The notes below the pieces were generated by a model. That model was not told where the DNA came from. It did no database searches and worked only from the letters and a program-made list of their open reading frames with translations. From the human T2T-CHM13v2.0 reference genome, Homo sapiens: 64,000 nucleotides of DNA. A program made the position numbers and the translations under genes. The stretch lies in the NCBI RefSeq assembly GCF_009914755.1, contig NC_060930.1; one strand, given 5' to 3'. Below are positions 54,085 to 64,000 of this stretch, piece after piece. Every line of letters begins with the position of its first letter. The stretch's first letter is position 1.

Positions 54085-55020
54085 CGATCCTTGGAACCAC
54101 ACTTTGATGTGATTGCATCCAGTCCCATGGCTTTGAATACCATCTACATGATGTTCTATATGATCATCAACCACTCTCCTTAACTCTGGAAGTGTGTATT
54201 CAGTTTACACCTATTCTCTGTTGCTCCAGGCTTCTGAAACATAACATGTCTAAAACTGAACTCTTAATTTTCTTCCTTAAACCTGCTTCTCCTGCAGTAA
54301 ATGGCAACTCCATCCTTCAAATTGATCTACCCTAAAATATCGGCATCACTCTTGATCATTTCTCATGATTTCACTACTATTGACCTTGTCTAAGCCAATA
54401 TCATCTATCTTGTCTAAACTATTGCAATAATCTTTTAACTGGTGTTCCTGTTTCTGTTCTTACTTTCATCCCTTTCAGTATCTTCGTAGCGGCAATATTT
54501 TTTTTAAAAAAAAAAGTCATGTCACAGCACTCCTCTGCACAAAGTCTTTCAATGGTTTTTTTATTTCACATGGAATAAACTCTAAAGTTATTTCCTAAAT
54601 GGCCCTCCATCACATTGGACGGTCTTTGATTTTATCTCTCACCTACTCTGCTTTAGTCACTTGGATATGGCTATTCTTTAAAAACAGCCTCACACTCCCC
54701 TGACTCAGAGCCTTTGTATCTGTTATTTCCACTTCCTAGAATCTCTCCCCAGATATTGGCATGGCTTACAGCTTTACTTTCTTCAAGACTTTGCTGAATG
54801 CTGTGTAAAATATCATACCTATATCCTGTTTACTCTGTAGGCACCATCTTTATTTTTTCCATAGCACATGTCACCACCTGACATATTCTATTTATTGATT
54901 TATTTATGTGATTTTTGCTTGCCTTCTTCCACTGGAATGTAAACTCCCTGACAGCAAGGACTTTCTTTGCTTTTTAGTTTTTAAATAACTGAGCACATAA
55001 ATATTCTTGAATCAATAAAT
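54085..55020 (+). mobile_element. L2 3' region
   Basis: CCCATGGCTTTGAATACCATCTACATG...AACATGTCTAAAACTGAACTC...GGAATGTAAACTCCCTGACAGCAAGGAC...ATAAATATTCTTGAAT. Confidence 0.75.
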
Positions 55021-58000
55021 GCATTTCTCTTCATCTAGGGTTCTACTAGAACTGATATGTATATCACCTCATCTGACAGTCTGTTTTACACTTATTTTAG
55101 TATATAAATATGTTCATCGTATTTCAAACTGTAGCAAAGTAAAAAAATAATAATACCTTGAAATAGTTGGTGTTAGAATTCCTTTGAAGAAAATAACTGT
55201 CTTTTGTTTGGAAAAATACCTGATAACTGGTTGGGTTGAAAAGTGAAATCATGACAGCAAGGTTTGGCAGAAGGCAAGCAAAAAAGGGATTAAGTCGCTA
55301 CGCAATTGCAATTTGGAGTGATGAAAAGACAAACAAATAGAGTGGGAGAGAAACAGAAGAGTATAAATAAGGAACAGTTGGGTGAATTGGGAGGCATGGC
55401 AAAGGGTTTATGACATCTAATTGTTAAGTTTATGTGGCTTGAGTTTTTCTGGTATAAACCATTATCTCCCCAAAACCTTCTATAAAGTCTGCTGCTTCCA
55501 AAAGGGTCTTTCATTAGTGGCTAGTGTGTGTGTGTGTCTGTGTGTATGTGTGTAAATAAGGAAACAGATTGCATTGTGTTTGGGCCATGCCAGGGTGAGA
55601 GTAGAGGAAGGACAGGGTATGGTGGGAGAACAGAAAGTAGTGCGGGCAGGACACAAATGCCATAGATGACCCTGAGTTATTGAGCCCTGCTGGAGTCAAC
55701 AAGTATTTTGGTGAGAACATTGGGGTCTGAGCCAATCTTCCATCATACTTATGGGGCAGAAATGCCTGAGGATACCTCTGTGTTCCTTGACCAAACTTTC
55801 CTTGTATTTGAAGACTCTCCTTTTATTTATGCTAATCTTTACAGAAATGTAGTGACTCGAAGACAGAAATTGTTACTCTTGAATCCTTTCCAGACTACAT
55901 AAATAAATAAATAAGGACCAATTTCACCATTATCATCTAGAAAGTTATTTTTTTTCTTTCTTTTTATTTTTCCTCTGTACTTGCTTCAATACCTTCAGGC
56001 TCCTTTTATTTCCCTTAAAATAGAGAAGAAAGTTAGAGTGAATATGCCAAAGCAGGTCTAAAACTGAGCACATGAGGACGATTTCTTATTGCCTACATAT
56101 ACCCCTTCCTCATAAAAGATAACAATGGACTTTTGACGTGTTCCAAATGGTCTTGCCTTGCCAATTCAGATGTAACTTTTGGTCCTACTCTAATTATTAG
56201 AACTTCTAATTAGATCAAGAGAACTATTTTTCTAAAAATTAGATGCATAAATAATATTACTTTTGCTACCCCATCCATAACAATGTTCCCCACTAGAATT
56301 TTCATATGAACTGTGTAGTAAACTTGTGAGTAATTTGAATCTCATTGCAGCAAACTCTCTGGAGCCTTTCTAGGGAAATATAATGGGAAACATTATTTGA
56401 AACAAGCACACCATTGTCTGGAGCTCAAAAATCTACTTTGAAATAATAGATGTTGCTGCAAGACAATTTGATGCCCTAATATGTTTAAAGTCATAGTTAA
56501 ATACACTTAACCCATCACACATCTCAGAATTAGATAGTGTCTATATGCCACGTTTATACTATTGTTTAAAAATACATTGTGTGACTTGAAGGTCTACAGA
56601 GGTGGCCTGAAAGAGAGCCTCTTGCCTCTTCCCCCTGTGTGAATTGTGCTGTTGATTAGCTGTTCCACGAGCCTAGAAAAGCTGCCAGTTAATGCCAGGG
56701 ACCCCAAAGCTGAAGGAAGATTTGCAGCTGTGACTGGCCTAGATTCTGGCAGTGCCAGGCTTGTGATCTGTTGGAGCTGTTGCTGCCTGTGCTGCCTCTT
56801 CTAGCATTTTTGAATTGGAAAAAAGATGGAACAGGGAAAGCTGGAGATCAGAAAAAGGAGGCTTGGCTCACATAATAGCTATTCCCTTAATCTATGCAGA
56901 TTTGATATCTTCCCTTTCTTTAAACGATTCATTTCTGTGACCGTCACTCCCCCATTGCCAGCATTGACCCTAACAATTCTTTTTTGTCCTCATTTACATG
57001 GCCCTCGAACTTTAGAAATAAAACATTTAGAACAAAGCCATATTTCCCCACTTCCATAAAACTTTCCTGTTTGTGCAATGCTACCTATTAGAACACTCTA
57101 ATCCAAAGAAAAGTGACTGAAAAAATTTAGATTACTCAAAATGGCATCTTGATTTTTATCAGTTGGCTTTATTCTGAAATTAGATTCTTACCTTGATCTA
57201 TGTTGGACTGAAACCTCCTGCCCACCAAATAAGGTCATATTTAATCACCAAATTATGCCCTATGGTCGTGAAAATCACGACACTTGTTTTCATAGGCAGG
57301 CTCTCAAATGTCCAAATCTTAATTTGGCTAAATTATATCTGTTTGATATGTTTGTTGGTTTGTATTAAACTGAACTGAATGAGGAATGAGAGATCTGGTC
57401 CTTTACTTATTGTCACCATATGTAAACTATTCCATCTATAACCAAAAGAAAGACAACACACACATACACACACACACACACACACATACACAAACACACA
57501 CACGTTAGTCATTACTCCACTCATTATTTGAGCGGCAATAAATTTATTAGTTTATTATTAACTTTATTATTCCCAGTTGAAAACCTTAAATCATATTATA
57601 CAAATACATTCAATCTCTCAAATTAAATTTAGTAGGAACAAAATAAAACTTTATAGTTCATAGACTGAAAATCTTCTACATTCAAATAATAATTTTTGTA
57701 AAAATGTAAGCAATATTGTTTTTGCTGCCCAGCTTTAATTCTTTTAGGGACATGAAAGGAGGAGGTCACACCAAAAAAAAGTCAATTTACTTTTGAAATG
57801 TTTTCAAATGATGAGAGGAAGGGGACTATATTATAAAAACAGGATATTGAGCTCAAATGAAGATGAGTATAGCTGTGGCACCCAAGGGATGTTGGTTCTT
57901 GGAAGTAGAGTGGGGGCAGGTTTTATTTGAAAATATGTAATGAAGTTTGCCATAATACAACAACCTGGGGACTCTAATTAAGAGGTAGCATAATAATAAT

Positions 58001-59625
58001 ATTGATTTTTTAAACTATAATGATTTCTCTCTTGGCAAGCCCTGCAGGACAAATTACCAAAACTCCAGACAGCTCTTATTTTCCCTTTCTTCTGAGTAGA
58101 TTCGATCATGAAGATCACTCACCCATTACCAACTCTCCATCTCTTAGAAGCTTCAGGAACATGCAGTGTGGCTTTCCTGGCCACCACCTCTTCAGCAGTG
58201 TTTTCTTTATGCTGTGACATAGCCATTTGTTCCCTGTTGCTAATCCATCTCTCCAGGAATGGTCCTAGAGATGCTTCCTCTCCATTGGGCACTATTCTTT
58301 GGTGGGGATAAGGTTCTTTCTTCAACCAGAGGTGAAATTCTCTGGACCAGAGGAAAACATGGAGCACACTTAAGGGTCCTAATCTCCAGCAGAAGCCCCA
58401 GCATTAAAGTTCTTTATTTGAGTCATTCTTTCCATTTTTTTACAGCAACCCATCTCTCTAAAGAAATATATACAGTCTTCTGCAAGGGTTATATGAAAGT
58501 AACATTGGTTTGTTCATTATTTCTTCATTATACAATGTTGATTTAGAACCTACTATGTGCCAACCTCCTTCTCACATCATTGATCAAGACAATAAGCTCC
58601 CCTAAATCTTATTTTCTAATGAAGGGAAGCTGGTAGGAAAAAAATAAATGCATTAAAATGATCCAAATAGTGACATATTCAATGTAGGAAATTAAGTATG
58701 GAAGGAGAATTTTCAAGGGAGTAGACATGCAGTGTCTTCAAATAGGTGGACAGGAAAAACATCTCTGAGGCCCACCGGTGCTGAGGCCTGGGAAAAAGCA
58801 GGTGGCAGCATGCTTGCTGCTTTCCTTTGAGAAGCAGAAGGTAGGTTAGTGTGGCTGGAGAACAGTGAGACAGAGAAGGGTGCAAAAGGAGGTCAAAGCA
58901 GTCCAGACCAGGGCCTAGGAAGCTATAGCAGGAAATTTGATTCTTGGTTAGCAGTAGTGTGAAAGAAGAATAACCATATCAGCTAAATCAATATGATTAT
59001 ATGACTAAGTCATTTGAAAAGAGAATTTGCCAATAGGTTTACATATCAGTGCATGGACTGAGCTAATGCCACACCTGAGCAATTGTCCACCTTAGCAATT
59101 ACCACACCTTAGCATTTCTTAGAAAATGTATACAGAAAGAGTTTCAGGCACAGGCCAGCTGATGTTCCTATTCAAAGAAAAAGAGCAAGAAAAAAATAGA
59201 AATAAAATTATATCCTTTTTCAATAAATATGGCAAAAAGATAATATAATTTCATTTTTCAAGAGCAAGGTTACATGCATCGGTCTATGAATTGGTATAAG
59301 AAAGTATAGTTTCTACAAAATGTGTTACATACAGTAAAAATTTTCATTCATTTAAGCAATGCATGTCAATATCACTGAAAAACGTGCCAATGTGCAATGC
59401 CATGATGTACGCTAACCAAGAAAGCCCTAGGTTCAGCTGTCTTCACAAAGGAATAAGTCATAGTTTTGACCACTCTAACAAAAAGAACGTTTTTAAATAG
59501 AGCATGTCATTGGGCAAATTTTGTTCCATTAACTACTACTTCTGCCTATGAATGAATGCTTATACAAAAACTGTTGTTCTAACAGTTTGAGGTGATTGGA
59601 GAAAGGGATCTAAATTTTGTTTTCT

Positions 59626-59927
59626 TTATTTTTATTTTTATTTTTTTTTTGAGACAGAGTCTCTCTGTCGCCAGGCTGGAGTGCAGTGGCGTGATTCCGG
59701 CTCACTGCAACCTCTGACTCCCCGGTTCAAGTGATTCTCCTGCCTCAGCCTACCGAGTAGCTAGGAATACAGGCATACGCCACCACGTCCAGTTAATTTT
59801 TGTATTTTTAGTGGAGCCGGGGTTTCACCATGTTGGCCAAGATAGTCTTGATCTCCTGACCTTGTGATCCGCCCACCTTGGCCTCCAAAAGTTCTAGGAT
59901 TACGGGTGTGAGCCACAGTGCCTGGCC
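59626..59927 (-). mobile_element. Alu SINE (AluSc-like)
   Basis: Reverse Alu with CTGTCGCCAGGCTGG and TGGCCAAGATAGTCTTGATCTCC. Degenerate TSD TAAATTTTGTTTTCT / TGAATTTTTATTTTCT. Confidence 0.93.
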
Positions 59928-61162
59928 TGAATTTTTATTTTCTCCATCACTTCATTCCTATTTGGAAAGCCAATAAGTAACAACAAATATTCTGAAGCAC
60001 TCTAAGAGCTTGCCTGCAATGTTAAACCAATGAGTATTTAGGAAGAGAAATATAATCCACATGTTCTTGATTAACTTATAATTAAATCATTTGTAAGAGC
60101 CATTTGACGTCCAAAACGACTTGTAAGATTTTTTTATAAGCTTTGTTTCCTTAAAGCAAAAAGATCTATTATTGCCAAGAGTAAACAAAGCTTAAAGGCA
60201 CATCTACTTTAACAACAACAACAACAACAAAGCCTAAAAAGCAAATAACCAAACAAAAAAAAAAAGCAACAAAAACAAAAGCCATTCAATAGCATGATGA
60301 AAATGCACTGTACCTCAAAAGTAGACAATACTCCGACTCCAGAGCCATGTACATTGACAATCCTCTTAAGTTTTGACCCAGATATAAATTGCTGGCCAAT
60401 CTCACCTCATTTACCCTTTTATGATTGGATGGGTAGGACTTGGAACAGAAACTTAACTTTAAATGCAAACAGCTGCTACAACTGACCTAACCCCAAACAA
60501 CTCCAGAACGCCTACTCTCAGAACTTGCTTTGATCTTGGACCATTAACAATAAGACTGAGAAATTTGTGACAGGGAGACAAATCGAAATTTTCCCACATA
60601 TGTAATAAAAACAGAGTTCTTTTTTTTTAACTATACTTTTTACTATACTTTTTAAATTTACTTTGTTCCATGTAGGAACAAAGTAGGAAGTATTTATGTC
60701 ACTCGGTATGGGACTTCAGAGTAGATGGTCCTAACCAACCCTAAAATTTAATAATCTTCTTGTGACCAGCTTGCCAATAGAAAAAGCATCTTATAGTTTG
60801 CCCTGTAAGTGAACTTGGGCAAAGAAACAAATATAGGGACAAAGATTCAGCAAGAAAGTTGAATCTTTTTCAAAAATAAAGAATATGATTGACAAATATT
60901 TAATGACTCCACATTTAGAATCGAATCATTGAATATGTTTTTGGTAAAGGATATATGTGAAACTTAACTCTAAATGTCCTATATTTTTAAAATAATGTAT
61001 ACAAAAACACATTTTTAAAACCAAATTGTTTACTATTCATGCTCAAAGTATTTGCAATTCACTAGAAACCTAAAAATACTATTTTCAAAAATTATTACAT
61101 AACAAATTCCTATTCGTTGTAGAAAACTAGGAGATACAAATAAATTTAAAGAAATAAATTCA

Positions 61163-61521
61163 CACCATGGAATACTATGCAACCATAAAAAAGGATGAGT
61201 TCATGTCCTTTGTACAGACATGGATGAAGGTGGAAACCACCATTCTCAGCAAAACTATCGCAAGGACAAAAAACCAAACACTGCATGTTCTCACTCATAG
61301 GTGGGAATTGAACAATGAGAACACTTGGACACAGGAAGAGGAACATCACACACCAGGGCCTGTTGTAGGGTGGGGGAAGGGGGGAGGGGTAGCATTAGGA
61401 GATATACCTAATGTAAATGACGAGTTAATGGGTGCAGCACACCAACATGGCACCTGTATACATACGTAACAAACCTGCACGTTGTGCACACATACCCTAG
61501 AACTTAAAGTACAATAAAAAA
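61163..61521 (+). mobile_element. 5'-truncated L1PA (last ~360 bp)
   Basis: ORF2 C-terminus MEYYATIKKDEFMSF, 3'UTR with a G-run block at 61368-61389 (G4-forming motif), AATAAA and A tail. Perfect 15-bp TSD AAAGAAATAAATTCA at 61148-61162 and 61522-61536. Confidence 0.95.
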
Positions 61522-61628
61522 AAAGAAATAAATTCAGATCACCTGTATTTCCACCATCCTGTAGTAACTATTATTAACATGTGTATATGTATGTATGTGT
61601 GTGTATATCTATATGTGTGTATATATAC

Positions 61629-61730
61629 ATATATATGTATATGTGTATATACATATATAAGCATATATATGTATATGTGTATATACATATATAAGCATAT
61701 ATATGTATATGTGTATATACATATATAAGC
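61629..61730. repeat. Minisatellite: 3 perfect copies of a 34-bp unit ATATATATGTATATGTGTATATACATATATAAGC within a TA/TG/CA-rich tract (~61580-61770)
   Basis: Unit ends (AAGC) fall at 61662, 61696 and 61730. Confidence 0.93.
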
Positions 61731-62210
61731 ATATATATGTATATATACATATATAATACACACACACACAGATACTTTTTTCCACCCATATTTATAAATG
61801 TAGTTTTTCTTAACAAAAATAAGATGCCACTATAAATGTTTTTGTAATTTAATTTTTTTTCCTTCATTCCATAGCCTTTCAACAAATATTAAACTTTCCC
61901 TTCTTTACAAGATGGTGTCTGAGTACAGGGGTAGCTTACGTATTCAGATAGCTCTACAATCCATAGAGACCATCTTTCTGGTCTCTTGTACCAGTTTGAA
62001 ATCATGCATCCCCACTTGCCAAGTCTGCAGATGATAAACCCTTGATCTATTTTCTGGCATGGGCCTTTCCCAAGGGTAGGTCTTGTGGCTTGATGATGCA
62101 CCACCCTCGGCACACTGATGCTTACCTCTGAGTCCAGCTTTGGGCTGCCTGTTTGCCTGGTATCACCTCTATGCTTTGAAGACAGAAAGTCTTTAAAATT
62201 AAGACTTTAA

Positions 62211-63115
62211 GGGAGGAGCCAAGATGGCCGAATAGGAACAGCTCCGGTCTACAGCTCCCAGCGTGAGCGACGTGGAAGACGGGTGATTTCTGCATTTCCA
62301 TCTGAGGTACCGGGTTCATCTCACTAGGGAGTGCCAGACAGTGGGCGCAGGTCAGTGGGTGCGCGCACCGTGCGCGAGCCGAAGCAGGGCGAGGCATTGC
62401 CTCACTTGGGAAGCGCAAGGGGTCAGGGAGTTCCGTTTCCGAGTCAAAGAAAGGGGTGACGGACGCACCTGGAAAATCGGGTCACTCCCACCGGAATACT
62501 GCGCTTTTCCGACCGGCTTAAAAAAGGGGCGCGCCACAAGATTATATCCCGCACCTGGCTTGTACGGTCCTACGCCCACGGAGTCTCGCTGATTACTAGC
62601 ACAGCAGTCTGAGATCAAACTGCAAGGCGGCAGCGAGGCTGGGGGAGGGGCGCCCGCCATTGCCCAGGCTTGCTTAGGTAAACAAAGCAGCCAGGAAGCT
62701 CGAACTGGGTGGAGCCCACCACAGCTCAAGGAGGCCTGCCTGCCTCTGTAGGCTCCACCTCTGGGGGCAGGGCACAGACAAACAAAAAGACAGCAGTAAC
62801 CTCTGCAGACTTAAATGTCCCTGTCTGACAGCTTTGAAGAGAGCAGTGGTTCTCCCAGCACGCAGCTGGAGATCTGAGAATGGGCAGACTGCCTCCTCAA
62901 GTGGGTCCCTGACCCCTGACCCCCGAGCAGCCTAACTGGGAGGCACCCCACAGCAGGGGCACACTGGCATCTCACACGGCAGGGTATTCCAACAGACCAG
63001 CAGCTGAGGGTCCCGTCTGTTAGAAGGAAAACTAACAAACAGAAAGGACATCCACACCAAAAACCCATCTGTACATCACCATCATCAAAGACCAAAAGTA
63101 GATAAAACCACAAAG
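62211..63115. promoter_or_regulatory. L1 5'UTR bidirectional promoter (sense promoter and antisense promoter), CpG island-like
   Basis: YY1 site CAAGATGGCCG at 62220-62230 is intact and CpG density is high. Sense and antisense promoter activity of primate L1 5'UTRs is established knowledge; activity of this copy is untested. Confidence 0.8.
62352..62660 (-). CDS. LINE-1 ORF0, frameshifted variant (102 aa rather than the ~71 aa canonical form)
   Basis: MAGAPPPASLPPCSLISDCCASNQRDSVGVGP... is the ORF0 N-terminus (ATG at 62660-62658). The sequence departs from canonical ORF0 at the GGGG run at 62526-62529. Confidence 0.7.
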   Translation of the reverse strand: MAGAPPPASLPPCSLISDCCASNQRDSVGVGPYKPGAGYNLVARPFFKPVGKAQYSGGSDPIFQVRPSPLSLTRKRNSLTPCASQVRQCLALLRLAHGARTH

Positions 63116-64000
63116 ATGGGGAAAAAACAGAACAGAAAAACTGGAAACTCTAAAAAGCAGAGCGCCTCTCCTCCTCCAAAGGAACGCAGTTCCTCACCAG
63201 CAACGGAACAAAGCTGGATGGAGAATGACTTTGACGAGCTGAGAGAAGAAGGCTTTAGACGATCAAATTACTCTGAGCTACAGGAGGACATTCAAACCAA
63301 AGGCAAAGAAGTTGAAAACTTTGAAAAAAATTTAGAAGAATGTATAACTAGAATAACCAATACAGAGAAGTGCTTAAAGGAGCTGATGGAGCTGAAAACC
63401 AAGGCTCGAGAACTACGTGAAGAATGCAGAAGCCTCAGGAGCCGATGCGATCAACTGGAAGAAAGGGTATCAGCGATGGAAGATGAAATGAATGAAATGA
63501 AGCGAGATGGGAAGTTTAGAGAAAAAAGAATAAAAAGAAATGAGGAAAGCCTCCAAGAAATATGGGACTATGTGAAAAGACCAAATCTACGTCTGATTGG
63601 TGTACCTGAAAGTGATGGGGAGAATGGAACCAAGTTGGAAAACACTCTGCAGGATATTATCCAGGAGAACTTCCCCAATCTAGCAAGGCAGGCCAACATT
63701 CAGATTCAGGAAATACAGAGAATGCCACAGAGATACTCCTCGAGAAGAGCAACTCCAAGATACATAATTGTCAGATTCACCAAAGTTGAAATGAAGGAAA
63801 AAATGTTAAGAGCAGCCAGAGAGAAAGGTCGGGTTACCCTCAAAGGGAAGCCCATCAGACTAACAGCGGATCTCTCGGCAGAAACCCTACAAGCCAGAAG
63901 AGAGTGGGGGCCAATATTCAATATTCTTAAAGAAAAGAATTTTCAACCCAGAATTTCATATCCAGCCAAACTAAGCTTCATAAGTGAAGGAGAAATAAAA
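63116..64000 (+). CDS. LINE-1 ORF1p (RNA-binding/chaperone), first 295 codons, open to the window end
   Basis: Manual translation MGKKQNRKTGNSKKQSASPPPKERSSSPATEQSW...REKG...QARREWG...YPAKLSFISEGEIK has no stop. It is absent from the ORF track, probably because no stop lies inside the window. Confidence 0.9.
   Translation, partial: MGKKQNRKTGNSKKQSASPPPKERSSSPATEQSWMENDFDELREEGFRRSNYSELQEDIQTKGKEVENFEKNLEECITRITNTEKCLKELMELKTKARELREECRSLRSRCDQLEERVSAMEDEMNEMKRDGKFREKRIKRNEESLQEIWDYVKRPNLRLIGVPESDGENGTKLENTLQDIIQENFPNLARQANIQIQEIQRMPQRYSSRRATPRYIIVRFTKVEMKEKMLRAAREKGRVTLKGKPIRLTADLSAETLQARREWGPIFNILKEKNFQPRISYPAKLSFISEGEIK

Larger units (their letters stand above)
62211..64000 (+). mobile_element. 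5'-complete young LINE-1 (L1PA2 or short L1PA3 type), truncated by the window end
   Basis: Starts GGGAGGAGCCAAGATGGCCGAATAGGAACAGCTCCGG. The CpG-rich 5'UTR is 905 bp. GTCAGTGGGTGCGCGCACC and ORF1 K14/G168 differ from L1HS as I recall it. Upstream TT/AAAA site at 62193-62198. Confidence 0.95.

Noticed and set aside
61580-61770. Palindromic 34-bp repeats as a CRISPR-like array
   Set aside because: The units are directly tandem with no unique spacers, low complexity, eukaryotic context and no cas genes.
61539-61885. Tyr/Ile/His-rich ORFs
   Set aside because: They are translations of the TA/CA microsatellite and minisatellite.

Overview
AT-rich, CpG-depleted primate (most likely human) intergenic DNA dominated by interspersed repeats. 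I find no intact host protein-coding gene and no rRNA, tRNA or CRISPR array. The recognisable gene-derived content is two disabled, intronless retrocopies on the + strand: PRDX2 (~1.72-2.66 kb) and ARG2 (~42.85-44.27 kb), each inserted into the 3' end of an old L1M element. The window ends inside a 5'-complete young L1 (L1PA2/short L1PA3 type, from 62211). Its YY1 site is intact, it has the ZNF93-escape deletion, its ORF0 is frameshifted and extended, and its ORF1 is open to the window edge but carries T203M. The rest is Alus (several with readable TSDs), truncated L1PA/L1M, L2, MIR, MLT/ERVL LTRs, a HAL1 with nested insertions, DNA-transposon relics, STRs, and repeat-free motif-dense blocks that may be developmental enhancers. 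From memory only (unverified), a PRDX2 plus ARG2 pseudogene pair like this lies in the 6q16 gene desert between MCHR2 and SIM1. I do not see convincing evidence of a wholly new biological system. The best leads are a testable L1-antisense-promoter chimeric transcript, fossil template-switch scars, a possible fossil short-3'UTR ARG2 isoform and candidate enhancers. Repeat subfamily names are from recalled consensus sequences, and boundaries of old repeats are approximate.
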